This document shows positions 29,697 to 38,777 of a stretch of DNA of 64,000 nt, piece after piece; positions within the stretch are counted from its first letter, which is position 1; every line of letters begins with the position of its first letter. Position numbers and translations under genes: made by a program. The notes beneath the pieces were generated by a model. That model ran no database searches and was not told where the DNA came from. It saw only the letters and a program-made list of their open reading frames with translations. The DNA comes from a virus (Duplodnaviria > Caudoviricetes), in the IMG/VR virus record IMGVR_UViG_3300048880_000725, positions 57,519 to 121,518 of that record; one strand, 5' to 3'.

Positions 29697-31256
29697 ATGA
29701 GTCAGATAAAAGATATTGCAAGACAAGCCGAGATGGCTTTAAATAAGATAAAAAATGGAAAAACTTTTCCGGCATCCTATGTTGTTGCTAGGCTTGAGAC
29801 CGCTCTAGAGAAGCACCCCCATGATGCCCTGATTGGCACCATGCGGGACGTTCTTTCTAAGAGGGCCGGCGATGATGGCTTTTTCAGCCAGAGAGATATA
29901 GCAGAAACCTATGATCATTTGTATGGTATGTCAGGGCGTAATTCCAGGTTTAGAGAAGAAGCTGGAGATCTTTTGCCAGATAGTCACGCTTCAATCCCTG
30001 CAAATGTCTCTGGAGCAGAAGGGTCCAGGGTCCCTCTTGAAAAGGCTCTTGAGCCAATGTATGGGCCTACGAAGCTTTCGGAAGAACTCGCTGGCGTCTT
30101 TTCCTTAAATAAGAAGGGATCTTTTTCGGCCTTTTCTGACAATACCCTCAGAAAAGCAGAAAAATTTACAAAGCTGCAATTACAATCTATGGACTGCGTT
30201 CCGCAGACCGTTAAGGCCATTAGGTCTAATGATCACTTTGTTTTATGCACAGCATCAATAGATACGTCTGACTTCACCCAGGTAGAGGTCTCAGTTCCAG
30301 TTCAGGTTACGAATGGAATTCCGTCTCTGCCGACAACCTTCGTTCAGGGCGACCAGCTTGTAAGGCTTAATAAAGAAAATCTTTATGTATTTGTAAAAGA
30401 TAAGAATAACTTTACGCAAAAGTCTTCTAAGAAAAAGTATGCAGACCAAAGATCATTTGGAACCCTAGAAACAGACGCCCCCGTTACCCCCTCTTCACTT
30501 GAGGCTTATACGAATATAGAAGATAGCTTGGTAGAGGCGGCAGCGTCCTTTTCCAAGGACCAGATAAATATGGCAAGAAATGTGATCGCCTCACAAATGG
30601 CAGGCTTTGGCATTCCCAATCCTCAGGTAAAAGTCGAAGCATCCGATGATAAGATTCTAACATTCAGTACAGACATTCCAACGGATAAGGGCCGGGTTGT
30701 TATAAGTATTCCTGTAGATATGCCAAATGGAAGCCCTGTGATCCCAAATAAATTTAAGGTCGCAGGACAGACCCTTCCTCTTAATGAAAAAGGTTTGAGA
30801 AAGGTCCTCGAAAGTTCGAAGACCAATTCTTCGCTGCAAAGTGTGTCTAGAGAGGTTGAGGAGATGGGAAGGCTTTCTTATCCTCAGTTAGTCGATCAGG
30901 TAACAGATGGTGTGGCTACAGCTGATTTTAAGCGAGCAGAGGATGCTCTAACTACCATAGAATCAAAATTCGGTGGGCAAAAGTATATATCTGCATTAGA
31001 TATGTTTTCTAAGCTTTTAAAGCACTCCTCTGGAAATACAGATAGAGAGAAGCAGATTAAGAATGCTTTTGAGAGAGGAGACCTCGTTAGGGTTCCGACC
31101 TCTGTACAGCTTTATTGCCCCAAGCTTGGACTTCCAGTTAACAAGGTTGCCTTTGATGAAAAGGGAAGAATGGTCCCATCCACCAGAGCCTTGAAGTCAG
31201 AGGCGCTTAAGGATACTGGAGCTATGATTTCTGCCTCTAAAATAGTACTATCATAG
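29697..31256 (+). CDS. Hypothetical putative virion protein (519 aa)
   Basis: Long ORF; internal duplicated pattern VSVPVQVTNG.P.LP / ISIPVDMPNG.P.IP. Confidence 0.7.
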   Translation: MSQIKDIARQAEMALNKIKNGKTFPASYVVARLETALEKHPHDALIGTMRDVLSKRAGDDGFFSQRDIAETYDHLYGMSGRNSRFREEAGDLLPDSHASIPANVSGAEGSRVPLEKALEPMYGPTKLSEELAGVFSLNKKGSFSAFSDNTLRKAEKFTKLQLQSMDCVPQTVKAIRSNDHFVLCTASIDTSDFTQVEVSVPVQVTNGIPSLPTTFVQGDQLVRLNKENLYVFVKDKNNFTQKSSKKKYADQRSFGTLETDAPVTPSSLEAYTNIEDSLVEAAASFSKDQINMARNVIASQMAGFGIPNPQVKVEASDDKILTFSTDIPTDKGRVVISIPVDMPNGSPVIPNKFKVAGQTLPLNEKGLRKVLESSKTNSSLQSVSREVEEMGRLSYPQLVDQVTDGVATADFKRAEDALTTIESKFGGQKYISALDMFSKLLKHSSGNTDREKQIKNAFERGDLVRVPTSVQLYCPKLGLPVNKVAFDEKGRMVPSTRALKSEALKDTGAMISASKIVLS

Positions 31257-31264
31257 GAGATAAC

Positions 31265-32275
31265 ATGAGCAAGGCAAGGCGTGGGATATCAAAAGTAGCT
31301 GTAGGGGATCAACATGGAATCTTCCAGCACTTTCAATCCAATACTACAGATTATGCCACAAGAGAGAGATATCTTTCGCAGAGGGGCGGCGAAGCCCCAA
31401 TCGGCAGAGATACCGAGTCTCTTTATAACATAGCCCCTGAGGGTGACGACTCAAGAGTTCCAACGGAATATGTTGCCCCTCATTTGTCTACTCGATATTC
31501 TCCTGATAGAGTAGGCGTTCAGGCAAAAAGGGTATCCGATGGGGTTTATCAGGATCCTTATACAAATAAAGTATACGATTATAACGAAGGCTTTAAGACA
31601 GAAGACGGACGATCTTTTCCTGGCGGAAGCGCATCATTACAATCTAGCCTTATGCGAGCGGCAAACCTTCTCGATAAGAAGGGTCTTATAAAAGAGGCTA
31701 GCAGGCTCGATGGGGTTCTGGAAAGACTTTCGAAGAATAAAGAATTTATCAAGCTAGCCGAAGATACACCTGTTTGGGATGTAAGCGACACATTGTCAGA
31801 AGAAGAGGCAGGTGAGCTTGGGCTAGTAGGCGATGAACTAAGACTAGGGGATGATCCCGTGGGCATAACGAAAGAAGAGCTTGTCCAAGGATGCGTTGAG
31901 ATGGAACTAATAGACATAGTAAAAGCTCTTTTCTCAGCACATGAGGACGTATCATCTCCCTATAAGTTATCGCCAGCAAGACTCAATGACCTAGATCCGT
32001 GCAATCTTACAGAAGATGAAAAAGGAATTGTGGGAGGCGAGAAGACGGCCTTGGCCCGCACAGCAAGAACCCTAATACTTGCCTCCAACGCTCTTGATAA
32101 GCTTGGGCTTAAGCGTGAGTCTGATACATTAGACTTAAGCATAAAAGAGTTGGCAAAGCATGCCAAAGCTCAGTATGGCCTTAATCCCATCATAAGCGTT
32201 GCTTCGTCGTTAGATGAGCGAGGCCTTTATGATATATCTGATCTTTTAGATACGTGGATGAATAAGAACGCTTAG
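31265..32275 (+). CDS. Putative internal head protein with three A-x-x-L-D-x-x-G motifs
   Basis: AANLLDKKGLIKEASRLD, ASNALDKLGLKRESDTLD, VASSLDERGLYDISDLLD. Confidence 0.65.
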   Translation: MSKARRGISKVAVGDQHGIFQHFQSNTTDYATRERYLSQRGGEAPIGRDTESLYNIAPEGDDSRVPTEYVAPHLSTRYSPDRVGVQAKRVSDGVYQDPYTNKVYDYNEGFKTEDGRSFPGGSASLQSSLMRAANLLDKKGLIKEASRLDGVLERLSKNKEFIKLAEDTPVWDVSDTLSEEEAGELGLVGDELRLGDDPVGITKEELVQGCVEMELIDIVKALFSAHEDVSSPYKLSPARLNDLDPCNLTEDEKGIVGGEKTALARTARTLILASNALDKLGLKRESDTLDLSIKELAKHAKAQYGLNPIISVASSLDERGLYDISDLLDTWMNKNA

Positions 32276-32303
32276 CATATAATAAGCAACTTCTAAAACT
32301 CTA

Positions 32304-32310
32304 TACTAAT
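32304..32310 (+). promoter_or_regulatory. TAYTAAT putative late promoter element
   Basis: TACTAAT in the intergenic region. Confidence 0.4.
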
Positions 32311-32314
32311 GTTA

Positions 32315-32354
32315 ATGCTCTGGTTAAGTAATATATAACCAGGGCATTTTTTTT
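32315..32354 (+). terminator. Intrinsic terminator-like hairpin
   Basis: ATGCTCTGGTTA...TAACCAGGGCAT followed by a run of T. Confidence 0.65.
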
Positions 32355-32367
32355 AACTGGAGAAAAT

Positions 32368-33051
32368 ATGAGCAAAAAAGTATTGAATCATCCCGATAAA
32401 GAGGATATGATCAAAAGATTATTGGGCGGAGACTCTGTAAAAGAAGTAGAGAGATGGCTCAAAGAGAAATACCCAAGGTCAAAAAGATTACACGTATCTT
32501 ATATGACTCTTCAGAAGTTCCGAGCAGACCACCTAAACCTAAAGGGGGACGTCCTTGGCGATATAAAGAATCGCAGAACAGAGCTTGATAAAGAGGCGAT
32601 AGAGGCCGAAACAAAAATGGTTATACATAACTCGTCTGCTTATCAGCAGAAGATCGAGGAGATAGCCGATGGGAAACTTGACGTATCAAAAAGACTTCTT
32701 GAGCTGGACTCTTTAATAAACTCTAGATTAGAATTTTATTATAATCTTTTAGAAAACGGAGGCACTCTTCGAGAGGATAAGATTTTTATAGAATATATAA
32801 ATACTATGAAAGGCTTAATGCAAGACTGGAAGAAGTATGTAGAGGGAGTCGCAGATAAAAGAATTGAGCATAATATTAATATTAATGTAGTAAGTGAGCA
32901 GGCAAGAATTTTGAAAGAAACTGTAATTGATGTTCTTAGTGAAATTAGCCCAGAGCTAATTACCGTTTTTGTAGAAAGGCTTGATGTTAAAACTAGAGCG
33001 CTAACAGGCGCTTATGGAGAATTGGAGGGAGAGATAATAGATGTTGATTGA
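32368..33051 (+). CDS. HTH-containing protein, candidate terminase small subunit
   Basis: N-terminal HTH-like HPDKEDMIKRLLGGDSVKEVERWL followed by helical coiled coil; upstream of terL. Confidence 0.4.
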   Translation: MSKKVLNHPDKEDMIKRLLGGDSVKEVERWLKEKYPRSKRLHVSYMTLQKFRADHLNLKGDVLGDIKNRRTELDKEAIEAETKMVIHNSSAYQQKIEEIADGKLDVSKRLLELDSLINSRLEFYYNLLENGGTLREDKIFIEYINTMKGLMQDWKKYVEGVADKRIEHNININVVSEQARILKETVIDVLSEISPELITVFVERLDVKTRALTGAYGELEGEIIDVD

Positions 33052-33280
33052 TGGAAAGACATACAAGGTATTTGACTTTAAAGATATCAATAGCTTAATC
33101 TCCTTTGAAGAATGGCTCAAAAGGAGTCTTACAATATATCCTGATGATGACTCTATCCCAAACGCACACATGTTGTCTCACCTGGAGTATCTTCGAGAGG
33201 CTGTTTATGCGCAAAAGGTGAAAGAGAAAAGAAAATGGTTGGAAAAAATAGACTCTTTAATTGAGAGGGCCAAACAGTGA
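33041..33280 (+). CDS. Small hypothetical protein
   Basis: Overlaps both neighbours. Confidence 0.55.
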   Translation: MLIDGKTYKVFDFKDINSLISFEEWLKRSLTIYPDDDSIPNAHMLSHLEYLREAVYAQKVKEKRKWLEKIDSLIERAKQ

Positions 33281-34794
33281 GTTCTGCAAATATTAACGAG
33301 TATTTTCTCAGAAAACTTTCTAAGGTTAATATATCCTTTGAGTCAGAAGAATTTGGAATTTTAACAAAAAAGGGAGAAGAGTTAACTAGCCTTGGAATAG
33401 ATTCTGACGAAAAAATATTATCGTATAAATTGGCGAAAGCCGCTGGCCGCTCTCTTGGCTTAGAGGTACCTCAGAATGTTTATCGTAAGGCTATAGACCA
33501 AAAGATTGTAAATAAAAATGATGCATATTTAATCCTTTTAGAAAATCGAATTGAAGAGCGTGGAATAAGAAAGGTTGCTTATCCGAATCCTTTTGGTCAA
33601 AATTATGATGTAGAAGAAGAGGTGGACATAAATAAATGGTTAAAAACTGTTCATTTAATTTATGATTCCGTGCAGAAGGAACAGATGACAAAGCAGAATG
33701 CCTTAGAGTATTATAGTAATTTTCTAGATATAGAGAGAGAAGAGGATACTCGATTTAAAAAATGGTTTAAATATTATAGTGAAGGAGAGCACTTGAAGTA
33801 CTCTTCGAATGAGGAGCAAGATATGAAAAAGAGCGCTATTTACATGGGCAACCTGGGGCAAGGAAACAGCAACTACACGCATAGTCGAGGCGGGTTTAAT
33901 ATGCCTGGAGATAGTTTCGATGGAGCGACCTTTGACGAAACAGCGGAGCGATCTAGAAGTAATGCCGATGAAGGTGATGCATTTAGTTCATGGAAAGGTA
34001 AGTTGCATGGAGCCTTAAGGCGCATAGACAAGCTTTTAAGAAGCAAACATATGGATGGAGAGAAATATAAGATGTTAGCAGAACATCTTCTCAATCTAAG
34101 TCATCAGGTTCATTGCTTAAAACTTGCAAGCACAATTTCTGACGTAACACACAGAACTGCAAATACTCTTGAGAAGCATGGGCAGAAAGACGTGGCCGAG
34201 CTACTTGTAAAGATAGCCCAACAAGTGCCGGAAGAAGCTCCTATGCAGGAAGCTCCTATGCAGGAAGAGGGGCCTCCTCCCGGTGCCGCTCTGCCAGAAG
34301 AAGCTCCTATGCAGGAAGAGGAGCCTCCGGTAGAGGCCACTCCTGACCCTAACGACCCGAAGTCAGCTATACCCTCTGGAGATGATGTTGACCCAGTAGA
34401 ATTGAAAGACATAACTCCTGTTCCTGGGGCAAGACAGGGCGAGTATGAGGAGCTATCCGGGAATATTAGTCTTGATGATGCGGCAAGAAAACTTGATGAA
34501 GTAGCTGGAATGCTTGCGGATAGAAGAATAATTAGACAGCTTGCTGAGTTTGATATAATGCTAGATAAGATTGGTATAGCATCAATGTTTCCTGAGCTTG
34601 CAGAGTCTCAGAGTAAACTTATTGATGCCTTCTCATACGCCTTGACTAGGGTTACCAAAATGATGGGACAGCTCGCTAATGCAAAATCTATTTCAGACTC
34701 TAGGTCCGATTTGCCAGGAAGACCTGAACCTGAGAAGGCACCTCTTGAGACAGAAGAGCCTGAAGAGGAAGTATTTCAAGAGCCTGGGGTATAA
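33277..34794 (+). CDS. Putative internal head protein with Pro/Glu-rich linker
   Basis: RKVA, KKSA, KLA and KIA motifs; EAPMQE repeats. Confidence 0.7.
   Translation: MSSANINEYFLRKLSKVNISFESEEFGILTKKGEELTSLGIDSDEKILSYKLAKAAGRSLGLEVPQNVYRKAIDQKIVNKNDAYLILLENRIEERGIRKVAYPNPFGQNYDVEEEVDINKWLKTVHLIYDSVQKEQMTKQNALEYYSNFLDIEREEDTRFKKWFKYYSEGEHLKYSSNEEQDMKKSAIYMGNLGQGNSNYTHSRGGFNMPGDSFDGATFDETAERSRSNADEGDAFSSWKGKLHGALRRIDKLLRSKHMDGEKYKMLAEHLLNLSHQVHCLKLASTISDVTHRTANTLEKHGQKDVAELLVKIAQQVPEEAPMQEAPMQEEGPPPGAALPEEAPMQEEEPPVEATPDPNDPKSAIPSGDDVDPVELKDITPVPGARQGEYEELSGNISLDDAARKLDEVAGMLADRRIIRQLAEFDIMLDKIGIASMFPELAESQSKLIDAFSYALTRVTKMMGQLANAKSISDSRSDLPGRPEPEKAPLETEEPEEEVFQEPGV
34234..34314 (+). repeat. 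15-nt repeat (EAPMQ) x3
   Basis: GAAGCTCCTATGCAG at 34234, 34249 and 34300. Confidence 0.85.
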
Positions 34795-34828
34795 CCTGAG
34801 GCAATAAGCAATATAGTTTGGATGAGTT

Positions 34829-35641
34829 ATGAATCTAGAGGAAATTTATAAAAATATATTAGATATATCATCTAGTAATTATATATCCGAACCAATGATT
34901 GTTGGCGGAATTCCACGAGATATTTATTTAAATAAGATTACTAAAACTGATATTGATTTAACGACCAATGATGCAGACTCTCCTAGGCTTGGCATTTCCA
35001 CCGCTATGCAGCTAAGGTTGGGATTTAAGATGTTCGAAGATGCCCATGTATCAGTTTACGCCGAGGGCAAAGCGCTTGATTTCTCAGGAAACTTCATATC
35101 AGATAAGGCGGTAGGCTTCGCAGAGATTGAGTATGGGAATAAAGATAGGAACCTTTTTGAAGTATATAGCAGAGACTTTACAATAAACACTATGCATAAA
35201 AAGCTTTTTGAGCATGAACTAATAGACATCACAGGCTTAGCGGTTAAGGACCTAGAGAACAAGGTAATAAGGCCTGTTACCACTCCAGAGATCTGCTTTG
35301 AGGACGACCTGAGAAGAGTTTTTAGGGCAGTAAATTTTGCGGCAAGGCTCGGATTTTCTATTGATGGAGGCATAATTGATTATGCCAAAAACAATATAAA
35401 TATATTTTCAAGAGAAATGGGAAGGACGCTTCGAGATGCTTTTGTTACATCTATAATTGGCGAATCTATAAATGAGGATGCAGAAAAAACTTTGGGGTAT
35501 CTTATGGATATGGGTATACTATCATTAATCCCCCTTACAGGGTCTTTTAAGGAAGAGCTTATAAAAAGAAAGATGATAGCCAAATACCTTGATGACTCTA
35601 TTACTTTAAATGATAAAAGTCTGGGGGATGCATATGCTTAA
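34829..35641 (+). CDS. Class II tRNA nucleotidyltransferase / poly(A) polymerase family protein
   Basis: VGGIPRD, DIDL, SRDFTIN, DITG..KDL...IR, FEDDLRRVFRAVNFAARLGF. Confidence 0.88.
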   Translation: MNLEEIYKNILDISSSNYISEPMIVGGIPRDIYLNKITKTDIDLTTNDADSPRLGISTAMQLRLGFKMFEDAHVSVYAEGKALDFSGNFISDKAVGFAEIEYGNKDRNLFEVYSRDFTINTMHKKLFEHELIDITGLAVKDLENKVIRPVTTPEICFEDDLRRVFRAVNFAARLGFSIDGGIIDYAKNNINIFSREMGRTLRDAFVTSIIGESINEDAEKTLGYLMDMGILSLIPLTGSFKEELIKRKMIAKYLDDSITLNDKSLGDAYA

Positions 35642-35644
35642 AAA

Positions 35645-35651
35645 TACTAAT
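35645..35651 (+). promoter_or_regulatory. TAYTAAT putative late promoter element
   Basis: TACTAAT starting 37 nt before ATG 35682. Confidence 0.45.
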
Positions 35652-35681
35652 ACTTTATTCTTTTATTAGGAAGCATTAAAA

Positions 35682-36116
35682 ATGATTAGAGGAAAAACAC
35701 ATTTATGCCCCTTTGGATTGCCGGTACCCGGAGGGTGTACGTCGGCAGGGGGCTTGTCTGAGGAGGACGAGTCTGCCGTTATATCGAAGATGGTTCCTCT
35801 TCATTTGGCCGAAGATGATGAGAAGAGACAAGCGATTTTAGAGGATAATTTAGAGGAAATGCTTTTAGCGGAAGAGCCAAAACAATGCCCCTTTGCTGAC
35901 AGGATTTATGAAAGCAAGGAATCTGTAGATTGTAAGTTTGATGAAAACCAGCAGTCTATTCCGGCAGGAAGTGCTGGGTTAAATGGAAGTCCGATGTACC
36001 CACATATAATGATAGGAAATATGCCCAAAGCTCAATATGGTTATCCTATTAATTATTATTCTGATGATAATGAGAATACAGATGTTTATTATGGAATTTA
36101 TAGCTTAATAGGATAG
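35682..36116 (+). CDS. Cys-containing hypothetical protein
   Basis: CPFG...C...CPFA...C. Confidence 0.65.
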   Translation: MIRGKTHLCPFGLPVPGGCTSAGGLSEEDESAVISKMVPLHLAEDDEKRQAILEDNLEEMLLAEEPKQCPFADRIYESKESVDCKFDENQQSIPAGSAGLNGSPMYPHIMIGNMPKAQYGYPINYYSDDNENTDVYYGIYSLIG

Positions 36117-36124
36117 GAGAACAC

Positions 36125-37198
36125 ATGTCTAATAGTTTAAAAACAGTAACAATCTTTAAGGAAGCTAATTATGGTGATGCTACTTCCTACTCAGAAGATC
36201 ATGTTTCTTTTTCGGAAGATGGTTTCGAGGGCATGTCTCCAGAGGAAATTTTTGGTGCAGGCACGGCCTCTGCTGATGTAGGAACAGGCGATGAAGGAGA
36301 GACAATCTTTGAAGAGGATCTGGCCGAACTGAAGGACGTGACACTCGGAGATGTTCTTGAGCCTTTTTCAGAAGGAGAGGGAAGCCTTGGAGACTTAGGA
36401 GAGAGGCTTGAGGATCTTGATGAAGATGTGACCCAATTTGTAGAAGAGCATGGAGACATGCCTTTGTCTGACTTATTGCCGGGGGCTGATGATTATAAGC
36501 CTGATGATGAGCCAGAGCCTGAAACAGATTATGCAAATGATAAAGATTTATCTAAGTTTATGAGCCATGTGGACGAATTGTATCCATCTCAGATTCCAAA
36601 GCACGATGGAACGTCTACGGTTGGGTGCGAAAGAGCCATAAGCTTCTTGGACAGAATGAATGGAGATATATCTAGAGCCATACGAGAAGATCATGAGAGC
36701 GTCTTGGACATAGCCAAGCTTGAGGATGTCAGAGTAAATATCATGAGAGACGTGCTAGTTTTGAAGGATCACTTGGGCAAGCTGAAGAAACAAATTAAGG
36801 ACAATCATGGCCAAAAGGATTCTAAGGCATCTTCCGCCCCTAATTGGAAGAGCCCATCAGGAAGAAGCCTTTCATATAAGCAGCTTAAGGACGCAGAGAA
36901 GTTAGAAAAGAAGGCTGCAACTCCAAATAATATTGTTATTGCAGTTTCTCCGTTCGAAAGAGCAATATCTGGAATGATGATTAATGCACATGTTTCTGCG
37001 GGGCATCCAATGGAAGACGTCTATGCCTCCTTAAAGAAAAAGTACGATCTTACCGATCGTGAAGAGCTTTCTATTATGCAGTTATGTATGGACAGTGGCT
37101 TTCATATCTTTAAAGACAGAGGCTCTTATGCTCCAGAGGTATCTAAAGATGACGGCGATAAGCGTGGAGTTGATTTCGTAAGAAATTATTTCTCATAA
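36125..37198 (+). CDS. Acidic putative internal head protein
   Basis: AGGAG SD; FKEA and EKKA motifs; acidic N-terminal half. Confidence 0.7.
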   Translation: MSNSLKTVTIFKEANYGDATSYSEDHVSFSEDGFEGMSPEEIFGAGTASADVGTGDEGETIFEEDLAELKDVTLGDVLEPFSEGEGSLGDLGERLEDLDEDVTQFVEEHGDMPLSDLLPGADDYKPDDEPEPETDYANDKDLSKFMSHVDELYPSQIPKHDGTSTVGCERAISFLDRMNGDISRAIREDHESVLDIAKLEDVRVNIMRDVLVLKDHLGKLKKQIKDNHGQKDSKASSAPNWKSPSGRSLSYKQLKDAEKLEKKAATPNNIVIAVSPFERAISGMMINAHVSAGHPMEDVYASLKKKYDLTDREELSIMQLCMDSGFHIFKDRGSYAPEVSKDDGDKRGVDFVRNYFS

Positions 37199-37213
37199 GG
37201 AACAAGGAATATT

Positions 37214-37696
37214 ATGAAAGAATTATTAAAATTAGCTAATGAATTAGATAAAAAAGGCCTTCAAAAAGAGGCTGATGTTATAGACTCATTTGTGAAAGAG
37301 GCGGGCTTTATGTCGGTGGTAGGCGGATGGGTTGCTGGGAAGCTGGACCCAGAGACTCTTGCTGCGATAGCAGATCAACTGGATCCCGAACGATTGGCGA
37401 TGGTGGCCAAGGCAATGGATAAAGAAAAGCAAAAGGACGTAATTCGTATATTAGTTCAAGACCCAGAAATACGAGCTGTAGCATTTGAGGCATTAAACAT
37501 TGATCCTAATCTTGGCAATCTTGGTTTTGATGTTCTCAGGAACCTGCAAGGGCAAGGCCTAGATACCAAAAACCTGCCCCCAGAAGTCGCAGCCCTTGCT
37601 GGCTCAGCCGGTGGGGCCGCTGCTACTAGTCTTAAGGATTTACAAAATATGTTTGGGGCGAGCCTTCAAAAAGGCGATCCCATACAGGGGGAATAA
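37214..37696 (+). CDS. Putative head cargo protein with N-terminal A-x-x-L-D-x-x-G motif
   Basis: MKELLKLANELDKKGLQKEADVIDSFVKEAG. Confidence 0.65.
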   Translation: MKELLKLANELDKKGLQKEADVIDSFVKEAGFMSVVGGWVAGKLDPETLAAIADQLDPERLAMVAKAMDKEKQKDVIRILVQDPEIRAVAFEALNIDPNLGNLGFDVLRNLQGQGLDTKNLPPEVAALAGSAGGAAATSLKDLQNMFGASLQKGDPIQGE

Positions 37697-38163
37697 TGAT
37701 TAGACGATTAACCAAATTAGTAAATGATCTGAACTCAATGGGACTTCGGAAAGAAGCCGACTATTTAGGCGCGATAATAAGACTTGCTGCCGATGAGAAG
37801 GGAATTACTCTCGATTTTGGGGATGAGGGTGACGAACAACAGATCCAGCAGGATTATGAGACATGGAATCAGGGTCGAAAGGAATTTCTTGAGCATGGCA
37901 AGATTCCCTTAGACGAGCCGGGAGAGATTCCCACGGAGACCCTCCTCTCATACTCCCCGCCGACAGATCCTACTGTCGCCAGGCTGGAGGCAAGAATTAG
38001 TATGCTTGAGAAAGAAGTCAAAAGACTAAAGGGCGAAAGTTATTCGGAGTGGTATGAAGAACAAGACGCAATGACTCAACAGGAGCATGATAGAGCTTCG
38101 CATCAGCAAGATGTGATGGATATTTCTAGAGAATTTCATGAACATGAGATGGATGTAGATTAG
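37696..38163 (+). CDS. Putative head cargo protein with the same N-terminal motif
   Basis: MIRRLTKLVNDLNSMGLRKEADYLGAIIRLAA. Confidence 0.65.
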   Translation: MIRRLTKLVNDLNSMGLRKEADYLGAIIRLAADEKGITLDFGDEGDEQQIQQDYETWNQGRKEFLEHGKIPLDEPGEIPTETLLSYSPPTDPTVARLEARISMLEKEVKRLKGESYSEWYEEQDAMTQQEHDRASHQQDVMDISREFHEHEMDVD

Positions 38164-38187
38164 AAGTTTTGTAATGGAGAGTAGATA

Positions 38188-38775
38188 ATGAAGGTAAATA
38201 GACAAAACTTAACAGAAGAATATAGCACAACTGCTGGTTGGGTTAGAGATTTTTCTAATGGTTTAAGCAAAAATGCTGATTACCTTGACAATCTTCGATC
38301 TATAATGAAGAAGCGCAAAGACTTTAAGACCATAGACGAAAAGATGGCAGACATGAAGGCCAGAGCGGGCTTTGATATTATAAAAAATGTTGACATCTCA
38401 GAAGAAAACACTACAAAGGAAGCAGGCTGCGGGTGTGGCAATACCTGCAAGGGGTGTTCCTCCAAGCCCTCAAAACCCTCCGACAAAAAAGATTTGGCCA
38501 AAAAGTTAGGTGAGGTTATGAATTATATAGCTGCTTTCGTGAAAGACAGGCCAGACGCTGGCTATGGAGCCGTAATAACACACTGCAGAGAGCATCCTCA
38601 TCTCGGCTTCGATAAGCTTGAAAGAAGGCTTAATCATAAGTTTAAAGATGCAGTGCGTGCCATTCTTAAAGGCCAAGAAAAAGATCCAGAAGCAGTAGAA
38701 TATATACAGGGAGCCGATATGACTTCATCTCACGATGATGACATGGCCGAATACTATTCTCACGCTAATGGATAA
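38188..38775 (+). CDS. Hypothetical protein
   Basis: SKNA and TKEA motifs; CGCGNTCKGC cluster. Confidence 0.65.
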   Translation: MKVNRQNLTEEYSTTAGWVRDFSNGLSKNADYLDNLRSIMKKRKDFKTIDEKMADMKARAGFDIIKNVDISEENTTKEAGCGCGNTCKGCSSKPSKPSDKKDLAKKLGEVMNYIAAFVKDRPDAGYGAVITHCREHPHLGFDKLERRLNHKFKDAVRAILKGQEKDPEAVEYIQGADMTSSHDDDMAEYYSHANG

Positions 38776-38777
38776 GA

